From positions 448,001 through 512,000 of the forward strand of contig CAXXJJ010000001.1 in NCBI GenBank assembly GCA_963667015.2: DNA of 64,000 nucleotides, in the 5' to 3' direction. The stretch comes from Desulfatiglandales bacterium. Its GTDB lineage: Bacteria; Desulfobacterota; DSM-4660; Desulfatiglandales; HGW-15. Both the position numbers and the translations under genes were made by a program. This document shows, piece by piece, positions 20,628 through 31,048 of the stretch. The notes under the pieces are model-generated. The model saw only the letters and a program-made list of their open reading frames with translations, was not told where the DNA came from and made no database searches. How positions within the stretch are numbered: the stretch's first letter is position 1; each line of letters begins with the position of its first letter.

Positions 20628-22205
20628 ATGGAAGATTATAAAATAATTCTTTTTTGCTGTAACTGGGGTCCACATGCCGCCTTTTTAAACCTGCAGGACA
20701 GGCGCGCGGACATTCCCAATGAAATTAAAATGGTTCGAATACCCTGCAGCGGCAGAATAAGCAAGGCGCTGCTTTTTAAACCCTTTGAGATGGGTGCGGA
20801 CGGGGTTATCCTTCTGGGATGCGGTTCCGGAACTTGCCGGTACGGAAGCGGAACTGCAACTGCCCTGCAGAATACAACCGAGACCAGGGAAATAATTTCG
20901 CTGATCGGACTTGGCGAAAATAGACTTCGTCTTGAAAATTTTCTTCCTGATCAGGCAGATGAGCTTCTTGCCTTCCTCAAGGATTTTGTAGCCGAAATAA
21001 AAGAGATGGGAAAAAGCCCGATAGAGGTATCCGAAACCTTGTGGGAGGAAAACAAGGCCCCTGAAACGCCCGAAGAAATTATTGCAGCCCATGATGTGTA
21101 TTCATGTCAGGACTGCGGCAAATGTACATCTGCCTGTTCTCTGGCCCTGGCCGGTAAAGCATTCTCTCCCCGGGCTGTTGCCAGTGATATTATTGCAGGG
21201 CGGGCAGATACAAAGGCAGTCCGGGATTCAGTTAACGCATGCCTGACCTGCGGAGTCTGTTACGAACGCTGCCCATCGGCTGTAAATTTCCCGGAATTCA
21301 TCAAGGATATGCGTGCCTACTATCACAGGCGCAATATGACAAAGGAACCTTCCCACGGCGGGTTTTTCCAGAGCATGATGAGAGCAATGACCTCCGAAAA
21401 ACTTAAACCCCAGAGATGGACATATCTTTCGGATAAAATAAAAACAAGCAAGGACAGCAAGGTCCTCTTTTTTGGAGGATGTGCGGTATATTTTGATCTT
21501 TTTTTCGGGGAGTTTTTAAAGACCAAGACCAGAAGGATTTTAAGGGACAGTATACGTCTTTTAAATTTCTTTGATATCGAGCCCATGGTGCTTGATGATG
21601 AAAAGTGCTGCGGACATGACCTGTTATGGTCCGGAGACCGGGACAACTTTATAAAGCTTGCCCGTTTGAATGCAAAGGCCATTGAAGAGTCCGGGGTCGA
21701 GGAGGTTATAACTGCATGCCCTGAATGTTTCCATACACTTAAGAATGAATATGCAAAGTTTGGAATTGAGATCCCGGTAAAAATAACCCATATACACGAT
21801 TTCCTGGACAAGGAAATCAGTAAGGGCGCTGTGGGTTTCAAGCAGATGGATACAAAGGTGACATTTCAGGATTCATGCCGTCAGAGCAGGTTTAACGGCG
21901 ATGGCGATCTTCCCCGCAAGCTGATAAACAATTTTGCAACGGAGAACTCAGGAGAGATGCCCCCGTCGCTTTCCAACTGCTGCGGCAACAGCGCGTGGAC
22001 AGGCTGCGATGGTTTCAGCAAGGCAATGCAGGTGCAAAGGCTCAGGCAGGTCAAGGACACGGGAAGCGAGTTGCTTATAACCGCGTGTCCGAAATGTCAG
22101 ATCCACCTTCGCTGTGCCATGGAAGATGCCATGCGCGGCGATGAGCTCAAGATGGAGATGATGGATTTAACAACTGCGATGGCAAATACGATCTTTTGGG
22201 AATAA
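20628..22205 (+). CDS. MvhD-like domain fused to an HdrC/HdrD-type Fe-S/CCG oxidoreductase
   Basis: FCCNW, RIPCSGRI; CQDCGKC and CLTCGVC; two CCG motifs with TACP. Confidence 0.8.
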   Translation: MEDYKIILFCCNWGPHAAFLNLQDRRADIPNEIKMVRIPCSGRISKALLFKPFEMGADGVILLGCGSGTCRYGSGTATALQNTTETREIISLIGLGENRLRLENFLPDQADELLAFLKDFVAEIKEMGKSPIEVSETLWEENKAPETPEEIIAAHDVYSCQDCGKCTSACSLALAGKAFSPRAVASDIIAGRADTKAVRDSVNACLTCGVCYERCPSAVNFPEFIKDMRAYYHRRNMTKEPSHGGFFQSMMRAMTSEKLKPQRWTYLSDKIKTSKDSKVLFFGGCAVYFDLFFGEFLKTKTRRILRDSIRLLNFFDIEPMVLDDEKCCGHDLLWSGDRDNFIKLARLNAKAIEESGVEEVITACPECFHTLKNEYAKFGIEIPVKITHIHDFLDKEISKGAVGFKQMDTKVTFQDSCRQSRFNGDGDLPRKLINNFATENSGEMPPSLSNCCGNSAWTGCDGFSKAMQVQRLRQVKDTGSELLITACPKCQIHLRCAMEDAMRGDELKMEMMDLTTAMANTIFWE

Positions 22206-22311
22206 TTTTTTAAATCCAGACGCTGCCGGAAAATTAAATAGTGAGTAACTATCTCAGTTAAAGAGTATTAAATCCGGCGCAATGAAATAATAAATATAAC
22301 AGGAAATAAAA

Positions 22312-24750
22312 ATGAGTATGACAAAAAACAAAACGTCAGGCAAACATCCTGCCGGGGATTCAGCAGAAGAGATACGTACAGGTGTCTATGTATGTCACTG
22401 CGGGTTGAACATTGCCCAGAGTGTTGACTGTGAAGGGGTTGCGGAAAAGGCGTCGCATCTGCCCAATGTCTGCGTCTCAAAGGGCATCGGTTATGCCTGC
22501 AGCGAGCCGGGCCAGAAGGAGATCCGAAAGGATATTGAAGAAAACAATCTTAACAGGGTTGTTGTTGCATCCTGTTCTCCAAGGCTTCATGAACCTACCT
22601 TCAGGCAGATGCTGCAGGATGCGGGGCTTAACCCCTATCTCCTTGAAATGGCAAATCTGCGTGAACAGTGCAGCTGGGTTCATATGCACGAAAAGGAAGC
22701 TGCAACAGACAAGGCCTATGATCTTGTTAAGATGGCTGTTTCCAGAGTAGCCCAAAATGAGGCACTTACAGAGGACAAGCTGCCCATGACCCAGAGGGCT
22801 ATGGTAATCGGCGGAGGTGCTGCCGGCATACAGACCGCCCTTGATCTGGCGGATAATGGAATAGAGGTGGTCCTGGTGGAAAAACGGCCGTCCATAGGGG
22901 GTGTAATGGCCCAGCTGGACAAGACGTTTCCCACAATGGACTGTTCCATTTGAATACTCGGTCCTAAAATGACGGATGCCGGTCGGCATCCAAACATAAC
23001 GATACACACGCTGAGCGAGGTTGCGGACGTTAAGGGTTATGTCGGCAACTTTGATGTAAAGATAGTTAAAAAGGCCCGCTATGTGGATGAAAAGGAGTGC
23101 ACGGCCTGCGGTGATTGTGCAAAGGTATGCCCTGTGGTGCGGCCCGATGAGTTCAATATGGGGCTTTCATCAAGAAAGGCCATATATTCTCCCTTTCCAC
23201 AGGCAGTCCCGTCAGCCTATGTGCTGAATCCCAATGAGTGCCTCGGTAACAATCCGACGGTGTGTAACAAGTGTTTTGAGGCATGTGAGAAAAAATGCAT
23301 CGATTTTCACATGTCCGATGAAACCATAACCGAGCGTGTGGGGACTATTATTGTCGCAACAGGGCTTGAACCCTATGATCCCACGGCAATGGACGAGTAT
23401 GGATATACAAGGTTTGAAAATGTCCTTACAAGCCTTGAGTTTGAAAGGCTGGTTAACGCCGGAGGTCCCACACAGGGTAAGCTGTTAAGGCCTACTGACC
23501 GTAAAAAACCAAAATCAATCGGTTTTATTCAGTGCGTGGGCTCACGTTCTGCGCGCCGCGGGAAATCATATTGCTCAAATATCTGCTGCATGAACACAAT
23601 AAAAAGTTCGCTGGTATTAAAAGAGCACTATCCTGACATGGATGTTAAGGTCTTTTATATTGATATAAGGGCCTTTGGAAAGGGCTTTGAAGATCTTTAT
23701 ACCAGGAGCAGACGTGCCGGCACTCAATATATTAGAGGCCTTCCCGGAAACGTAGAGGAACTGCCTGATGGCAGCCTGAGGGTGGCTGTTGAAAATACTG
23801 CCACCGGAATGCTTGAATATCATGAACTGGATATGCTGGTTCTGGCCATAGGTGTGGAGCCTGCTCCTTCAACACAGAGACTCCAGGAGATGCTTGGTCT
23901 TCAGCTTACATCGGATGGCTTTTATCTTGAGGCTCACCCTAAACTTCAGCCGGTTGATGCTGCAACAAGGGGTGTCTTTTACGCCGGCTGTGCCGAAGGG
24001 CCGAAGGATATCAAGGAAAGCGTCACTCAGGCCTCTGCTGCGGCAGCACGGTCACTGCGCCTTATGCAGAAGAGCGAAATTTCTGCCGAGGCAATTACCT
24101 CGGAGGTAGACCCAGATCTGTGTAAATCCTGCGGTATATGTGCAGAGGTTTGCCCATATAATGCCATCACTGTAGATAAAAAGAAAAAACTGCCCGCGCA
24201 TGTGGCAACAGCCGCATGTGCCGGCTGTGGTACCTGCGCTGCAGAATGTCCCTTTGGCGCGATTACAATGCATCATTTCACAGATGGCCAGATTGTGGGT
24301 CAGATAGATGCCATGCTGGAAGAAAAACCCGAGGACAAAATCCTTACCTTTGCCTGCAACTGGTGCTCATATGCCGGCGCTGATTATGCAGGTGTATCAA
24401 GGATACAGTATCCTCCAAACGCAAGGCTCATTAGAACCATGTGTTCGGGCAGGGTGGATGACAGTTTTATATGGGAAGGATTTAAAAACGGCGCACCCGT
24501 AATTCTGGTAAGCGGATGTCATATAGGTGACTGTCACTACATAGATGCCAACCATTGGACGGAAAAGCGGGTTGAAAAGGTCCGTAAAAAAATGGAAAAA
24601 CTGGGAATTAGACCGGAAAGGCTTCAGCTGGAGTGGATAAGTGCTGCAGAGGGCGTGCGGTTTGCCGAGGTCATGACAAAGATGGAAGAATTAAGGAAAA
24701 GTGTTTCAAGACAGGAGATTGCAGAGACAATAGCTATCCTTGAAAAATAA
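22312..24750 (+). CDS. hdrA: Selenocysteine-containing HdrA-MvhD fusion (812 aa, Sec at TGA 22951-22953)
   Basis: GVYVCHCG; LDKTFPTMDCSI-TGA-ILGPKM stays in frame; IQCVGSR, YCSNICC; C-terminal MvhD (CNWCSY, GCHIGDCHY). Confidence 0.85.
22974..22991 (+). promoter_or_regulatory. Bacterial SECIS-like hairpin
   Basis: GGATGCC-GGTC-GGCATCC, 20 nt downstream of the in-frame TGA. Confidence 0.7.
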
Positions 24751-24763
24751 TTCCTGATAAAAC

Positions 24764-24958
24764 ATGACCCGTAGACAGATAATAAAAAGACTGCACGATG
24801 ACGGATGGCAGGTTCATCATACAAAGGGTGATCATCAACAATTCAAACATCCTGTGAAGCCGGGAAAAGTAACTGTTCCCCATCCCCGGAATGATATCGC
24901 TTTAGGGACACTGCACAGCATATTCAGACAGGCGGGATGGGTATGGGGGCAATCATGA
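24764..24958 (+). CDS. hicA: HicA toxin
   Basis: GW...KGDHQQFKHP.KPG.VTVPHP. Confidence 0.9.
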   Translation: MTRRQIIKRLHDDGWQVHHTKGDHQQFKHPVKPGKVTVPHPRNDIALGTLHSIFRQAGWVWGQS

Positions 24959-25212
24959 AATATCCCATTGCAATACATAAAGATGCGGATTCCGATTACA
25001 GTGTCGCAATTCCTGATCTTCCGGGATGTTTTTCTGCCGGTGCCACAATGGATGAGGCAATAGAAATGGCAAGGGAGGCTGCGGAATGCCATATCGAAGG
25101 ACTGTTAATTGATTGCGAGCCTGTCCCCGAGCCGTCGGAAATTGAAGAGCTTAAGGCAAATCCGGATTTTCAGAATGCTGTATGGGCTGCGGTTGAAATA
25201 GATATATGTTAG
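24955..25212 (+). CDS. hicB: HicB antitoxin
   Basis: MKYPIAIH...PDLPGCFSAG.T.DEA. Confidence 0.9.
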   Translation: MKYPIAIHKDADSDYSVAIPDLPGCFSAGATMDEAIEMAREAAECHIEGLLIDCEPVPEPSEIEELKANPDFQNAVWAAVEIDIC

Positions 25213-25497
25213 CTCCGCTCTAATTCCAAGACTATGAATTTTTTAATTTCTTAAACCTTACCCATACTCCCTATATGGTAAAGATATCCCAACTTTTACC
25301 TTCTTTTAAAAATTTTGGATACATAGCAGATATATGCAATTTTTATATAAATCACTTAAGCGAAAAGGAATTCAATCCCATTGAACTGTTTTATAGATTT
25401 AACTATGAACATTGCGCCTGCCTTTTTAAATATCTATTCTAAAAAAGCCCATAAAAACAATATTATATAAATATAATTAAAAAAATGTATTTTTTTA

Positions 25498-25546
25498 TTG
25501 ACATTGTTTACACGTGTAAATATTATAGTGTTTACGATCGTAAACA
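25498..25546 (+). promoter_or_regulatory. sigma70 promoter with two BlaI/CopY-type operators
   Basis: TTGACA-N17-TATTAT; palindromes TTTACACGTGTAAA (25507-25520) and TGTTTACGATCGTAAACA (25529-25546). Confidence 0.8.
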
Positions 25547-25563
25547 AATGAAAAGGAAATCAA

Positions 25564-25944
25564 ATGGAAAAATTGCCGGAGATATCAGAGGCTGAACATC
25601 AGGTTATGAAAATTATTTGGAGAGATAATCCTATTACCGGTACTGAGATTATCAATGAATTGATGAAAATAACAGACTGGAAACCAAACACTATCAAAAC
25701 ATTCATAAACAGGTTGTTGAACAAAGGTGCCATCGGATATGAGAAATCCGGAAGAGGGTACAGTTACTATCCTGTTATAGAAGAAAAAGATTTTGTTAAG
25801 ACCGAAAGCCGTTTATTTTTAAATCGTATCTTTAACGGATCACTAAGGCCAATGCTCGCAACGATGGTTGAAAATGAAGACTTATCCCTTGGTGATATTG
25901 AATACCTGAAACAACGAATACTTGCGAAGGAAAAAGAGGAATAA
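25564..25944 (+). CDS. BlaI/MecI/CopY family repressor
   Basis: ISEAE..VMKIIW...W...TIKT.I.RL..KG. Confidence 0.9.
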   Translation: MEKLPEISEAEHQVMKIIWRDNPITGTEIINELMKITDWKPNTIKTFINRLLNKGAIGYEKSGRGYSYYPVIEEKDFVKTESRLFLNRIFNGSLRPMLATMVENEDLSLGDIEYLKQRILAKEKEE

Positions 25945-25946
25945 GC

Positions 25947-27980
25947 ATGGAACAATTGTCCTTTCAAAGCTCAGGTGTGCTTAGCTGGCTTTTTGAGTCA
26001 ACCATATACATAAGCATATTGATCTGCCTCATATTCATCATAAAGGTCGTTTTTAAGAAAAAGTTGCCTGCATGGTGGAGTTACTGCCTGTGGCTTCTCC
26101 TGCTTGTCAGGATGTTGATACCCTTTGGAGTTGAGACGCCGGTAAGTGTTTATAACTATGTTCCTGCCGTGTCTTCGAACAGTTCCTATATGCCCTACCT
26201 GGTGCAGCATAAAATAAATACTACTTCTATTCAGTATGCCCCTGAGGTTCCAACTGATTTTTCATTCGATGCTGTTCCTGCTCAGTCTGGTTTCTCAGAC
26301 GGACCGATCAATGAGCAGCATGATGCCCATGAAAGTGCTTCAACTGTAATAGACACATTATCCGGCCTTAATTTATCATTTGAGGGTGCATTGTTCCTCT
26401 TATGGATTACAGGTGTTCTGGCTTTCGGTATTGCGGCTGTATATAAAAATTGTAAGTTCTGGCTGATTGTAAGACGGGAGCAACCGGTAACAGATAAAGA
26501 TGTTTTTGATCTCTTTAATGAGTGCAGGTCAACACTCGGGTTACAAAAGAATGTGGAAATAATTGTAACCGAAAGTGTGAAAAGCCCGGCTATTTTTGGC
26601 TATTTCAGACCTCAATTACTGCTCCCGGCCAATTTTTTAAACACCCTTAAAAAAGATGACCTGTACTGTGTTTTTCTGCATGAACTTGGGCATGTAAAGC
26701 GTCATGACATCGGTGTTTCCTGGCTTGCGACCCTGTTTCAGGTTGTTTACTGGTTTAATCCCCTTGTCTGGTACGCGTTTCATTACCTGAGGGCTGATCA
26801 GGAAGCAGCCTGTGATGCCTATGTGCTGTCAAAAATAAAACAGTCCCGGCCGACCGATTATGCAAGGACAATAGTCCATCTGCTGGAGCGCTTTGTTCAG
26901 AACCGTCAGTTGCCTTCTCTCGCTGGAATAATAGAAAACAGATCACAGATAGACAGGAGAATCAGCATGATACTTGAATATAAAAGGCTTTCCATAAAAA
27001 CGACCATTGCTTCTGTTTTTATGCTTTTAATAGTTGCCTGTGTTTTCTTCGCCTGTTCAAACGGACTAGCGGCAAATAAACCAGACGGACCGGCAGCAGA
27101 CAAACCAGACAGATCGGTACAAGACAATTCAGCAGAACTATTAGAAGGCAAACCGATTAAACTGGCAGCAAACAAACCCGCAGGGGATGACTTTAAGAAA
27201 GGACTTAGCCTCAAATATGATTTCAAGAACAATAAAAGTCTTAATTACAGGAGAACTTCAGAGTCAACACTTTTCATGCTGGTACCAGGGCAAACTGCTA
27301 AATTCCTGATGAAAGACCGTGCAGACTATGTGATTAAGGGAAACGGAACTGATGAGAAGGGCAACCTCATAACCCGGGTTACTATAAATGACTGGGATTT
27401 TAGTATTGATAATCCTCAGGTGCATCTTTATCCTGACACATCAAGGGTTGAGGGTAAAAATTTTAATGTAATATATTCCCCTGAAGGAAAAGAAATTGAG
27501 AATTTGGAAATTGATGATCTGCCTGATGTAAGTATGGGCATGATAAGCTCGGCACCACTGATCCCAAAAAGATTCTTTTCCGACCTGCTGCCTGAATTAC
27601 CTGATGATAATGTTAAAATAGGTGATACATGGACTCTGGAAGACGTGAAAAGGTGGTCTGCTGATCAGTTAAAATTTAATACCAAGGCGGAATCGATTAA
27701 TACCTTCGATGGATTTGAGACTGTACAGGGTATGGAATGTGTCAGAATTAAAAGCCAGGTAGTAGGAGGTGGCTTCCATGGAACAGGTAAACTGGAAGGG
27801 AAGGATTTTAGAGCAACTAGCGGAGACTCAGATACTACAATGACATGGTATTTTGCCTATAAGAAGGGAATATTTGTCAAATCAATAATGGAAAGTATCG
27901 GAACCATGGAGGTTACTCATGGCCCTCTGGAGGCGCCGTTAATGAGTAAGGCAAAGACAACTGTCGAGCTTGTACAGTAG
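25947..27980 (+). CDS. BlaR1-like M56 metallopeptidase with an unrecognised C-terminal domain
   Basis: SPAIFG, HELGH, WFNPLVW, E.ACD; no penicillin-binding domain recognised. Confidence 0.85.
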   Translation: MEQLSFQSSGVLSWLFESTIYISILICLIFIIKVVFKKKLPAWWSYCLWLLLLVRMLIPFGVETPVSVYNYVPAVSSNSSYMPYLVQHKINTTSIQYAPEVPTDFSFDAVPAQSGFSDGPINEQHDAHESASTVIDTLSGLNLSFEGALFLLWITGVLAFGIAAVYKNCKFWLIVRREQPVTDKDVFDLFNECRSTLGLQKNVEIIVTESVKSPAIFGYFRPQLLLPANFLNTLKKDDLYCVFLHELGHVKRHDIGVSWLATLFQVVYWFNPLVWYAFHYLRADQEAACDAYVLSKIKQSRPTDYARTIVHLLERFVQNRQLPSLAGIIENRSQIDRRISMILEYKRLSIKTTIASVFMLLIVACVFFACSNGLAANKPDGPAADKPDRSVQDNSAELLEGKPIKLAANKPAGDDFKKGLSLKYDFKNNKSLNYRRTSESTLFMLVPGQTAKFLMKDRADYVIKGNGTDEKGNLITRVTINDWDFSIDNPQVHLYPDTSRVEGKNFNVIYSPEGKEIENLEIDDLPDVSMGMISSAPLIPKRFFSDLLPELPDDNVKIGDTWTLEDVKRWSADQLKFNTKAESINTFDGFETVQGMECVRIKSQVVGGGFHGTGKLEGKDFRATSGDSDTTMTWYFAYKKGIFVKSIMESIGTMEVTHGPLEAPLMSKAKTTVELVQ

Positions 27981-29034
27981 GATAAAGGGATTTTTTAACC
28001 TGGTTCCGGCGGTCTCCGTGGGAACCATGTTTTATAATACTCCGTATTAGCAGAACTCAACTATATCCATCACAGTCAAGTCCATAGTATCAATACGTCC
28101 ATGCAATTATGATAAAAAATGATAATGGAATTATTTCATGGACGTTATATAACAAAAAGATAAAAGGTTACACGACCCCGTTGACCGGAGTAGCAATCGC
28201 CAGGTATGTTTTCGGCCTGGTGGCAGTAACAATGATGGAAAAGAAAGACGACCAGATCGGGATGGTATATCAGTCGTTTAATCGCTTTGAGCATTATCCC
28301 CATGGAGAAAGGAAAAAGGATGATATTCCTGATTTAAGCAACAACATACGTTTTTCATATTCCATTTTTGGTACTACCTATTAATATTTTATGACGATTG
28401 AAGACTGAAGAGGTTCAGGACAAGCGATTTTACTCTAACAGCGCATATACTGGATCGAGTTCTGTTGGGACTAACAAATACACTGTAACCCCTTGATTTT
28501 ACATTGTAGAGTCAAGGGGTTATTACTTTGATTTGTGGTTGTTTTCGTTCATTTTGGTAGTAGTGGAGCTATAATTTTAATCATTATAATTCCTTTCAAG
28601 ACATACCTGAAATCTCATCTCATAAGAATTACTTCTGAACTGAAAATAATCCACAAGAACTAATATTCAAAAAAAGAGAGCCCAAGAGGTTGCCCATTTT
28701 ATCGTCCGGCAAATCGACCGTTTTATCGATCTGTAAAATCCATATAATATCAAGAGGTTGGACGATGGGACGATCTGAGCGATATCTTACTCATAAAGGA
28801 AGAATTTGGGATATTGGGGAGATGCATTGAGAGAGGTTACTAAAACTTTGAATACATAGCAGCTATACGTAATTATGGTTTATTGGGCAGTCTCTGCTTG
28901 AATATAACCCATACCTATGGCATTTAATATTTACTTATCTTATTATTTAATAACAAGCTTTCTGCAAAACATTACATAAGCGGAGTTATACAGTTCTTCA
29001 GAATAACTTGTTGTGGGCGTATAAGGAGACAGAT

Positions 29035-30666
29035 ATGAAATCATCGAAATACTTGAAACATCCTGCATATTCTTTTTTCCCTTTATTTTTAATTTTATCC
29101 TCTCTTTATTCGTATGCTTTTGCATCCCCGCAAATCTTCCCTACAAATGGTTGGCAGATAACCATACCGGAAGATCAAGGTATGCAATCATCCAAACTCG
29201 CCGACATGATGGATTATATCCAAAGAGAACAGTACAATATTGACAACATAACGATCGTCCGAAATGGGCACCTTGTTTTGGATGCTTACTTTTCACCTTA
29301 TAAAAAGGGGCAAAAGCATAATATTGCTTCGTGTACCAAGAGTATCATATCGGCATTGATGGGTATTGCTATAGATAAGGGTTTTATTGCCAATTTAGAC
29401 CAGTCCGTCCTCGAATTTTTTCCAGATAAGACATTTACGAATATTGATAACCGTAAAAAATCAATGACTATTGAACATCTGTTGACAATGGCATCGGGTT
29501 TGGAGTGCAAAGATACCTATCTCGATCAATGGCAGGGCTTGTATGATATGCGAAATAGCGGTGACTGGATTAAATATGTTCTTGACCTACCCATGTCCCG
29601 TATTCCTGGAGAAAAATTTGAATATTGCAATGGAGCTGCCTTTCTCATGTCGGCTATTATTCAAGATGCATCTGGAATGAGTACATTAGATTTTGCAAAA
29701 CAGTATTTATTCGCGCCTCTTGATATTTCTGATGTCGATTGGGAGACAAGTCCGCAAGGCTACCACCTCGGATATGGAGAAATGTGGTTGACCCCTCATG
29801 ACATGGTCAAAATCGGGTGGCTTTATTTAAACAAGGGGAAGTGGGGTAATAAACAAGTCATACCTTCATCCTGGATTGAGGCATCGACGCGAAGGCATAT
29901 CGACGCAAATCTTTTTGATTATTATGGATATTATTGGTGGATTGACTCTGTTGAGAAGGGCAATTCGGTTGATTATTATGTGGCTGTTGGCAACGAGGGG
30001 CAACGCATTTTCGTTGTACCAGAAAAGAATATGGTAATTGTATTTACAGGGCGACTTACAGGCAAGGATAGCTTTGTTCCTAAAAAATTACTTAACTCTT
30101 ATATTGTTCCAGCTTTATCGTCATCTGACACTTTACCGCAAAATAAAAAGGAACAAATCCGCCTTAACATGCTGGTAAATCAAGTTGCCAAATCAAATAC
30201 CTATATCTGGTCATCAGAAAGTGAAGGAATAGCTAAAAACTATACTTTTCAGCGCACCGCATTACCTGCCTTCCAATTTAAATATCCTATAGGAAGTGAA
30301 AAAGCTGAAACAGACGGACCCGGTCAGATTATGAGGATGAAAAGTCCCGGGAATGTCGTAATTAGGGCAGGTATTGTTGATATCCCCGAAGGCATACCGA
30401 TAGAAGAATTCGGGTCAAAATATTTTATTATGCGCCTAAAAGAGGGCGGCTCAGATTTCAAGATTATTTCGAATAAAGAAATCACGCTTCAATGCGGCAC
30501 AAAAGCATATCGAACCGATATTAAATGGCTTTGGGATAAAAATGTATCTATGACGACCTTCCTTGTATCGGTTTATAAGGATGGGAAATGCATATTTTTA
30601 AACACTCTTACATGGAGTGATCCAGAAAGATGTGAACCAATTGTAAACAGCTTAACTTTTAATTAG
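29035..30666 (+). CDS. Serine hydrolase, beta-lactamase family, secreted
   Basis: SxxK (ASCTKS), HLLTMASG, FEYCN, YGYYWW; signal peptide. Confidence 0.85.
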   Translation: MKSSKYLKHPAYSFFPLFLILSSLYSYAFASPQIFPTNGWQITIPEDQGMQSSKLADMMDYIQREQYNIDNITIVRNGHLVLDAYFSPYKKGQKHNIASCTKSIISALMGIAIDKGFIANLDQSVLEFFPDKTFTNIDNRKKSMTIEHLLTMASGLECKDTYLDQWQGLYDMRNSGDWIKYVLDLPMSRIPGEKFEYCNGAAFLMSAIIQDASGMSTLDFAKQYLFAPLDISDVDWETSPQGYHLGYGEMWLTPHDMVKIGWLYLNKGKWGNKQVIPSSWIEASTRRHIDANLFDYYGYYWWIDSVEKGNSVDYYVAVGNEGQRIFVVPEKNMVIVFTGRLTGKDSFVPKKLLNSYIVPALSSSDTLPQNKKEQIRLNMLVNQVAKSNTYIWSSESEGIAKNYTFQRTALPAFQFKYPIGSEKAETDGPGQIMRMKSPGNVVIRAGIVDIPEGIPIEEFGSKYFIMRLKEGGSDFKIISNKEITLQCGTKAYRTDIKWLWDKNVSMTTFLVSVYKDGKCIFLNTLTWSDPERCEPIVNSLTFN

Positions 30667-30677
30667 ATCAGATAAAG

Positions 30678-30735
30678 ACATAACTTTTTTGTACAGGTTG
30701 CCAAACAACTGGTGCCTGTGATTTTCACGTTAAAA
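30678..30735 (+). other. Degenerate attC-like site
   Basis: ACATAAC...ACAGGTTGCCA...TGGTGCCTGTGATTTTCAC-GTTAAAA. Confidence 0.4.
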
Positions 30736-30851
30736 GTACAGATATCTTATTCAAACTTTTCAACCAGTAGGGATATTATGAGATTATCTCAACTTCAATC
30801 GTTTATCATATTAATGCTTTTCACCTGGCATATTTCAACTCAATCATATCC

Positions 30852-30880
30852 TTGACACACAGGATGATCCCAAATATATT
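30852..30880 (+). promoter_or_regulatory. sigma70 promoter of sulfatase 1
   Basis: TTGACA-N17-TATATT. Confidence 0.6.
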
Positions 30881-31048
30881 ATCAAGTGCGTTAATCTTAA
30901 AAAAATGGAGATTTTTATCAAAGATTTTCGAAAAGCTGCTTTTTTTATTCTTTTTGACCACAGTTTTGGATTAGAGAAAAAGAATGGATGTAAAGGTATT
31001 CTGATTTTATAAAACAACAATGTGGGGGGAGAGAAGGAGAGTAAAACA

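Noticed and set aside
22312..22953. Separate short HdrA N-terminal gene or nonsense pseudogene
   Set aside because: An in-frame TGA at a Cys position with a downstream hairpin fits selenocysteine better.
28109..28384. 91-aa ORF
   Set aside because: No RBS or motif recognised; possibly a gene fragment.
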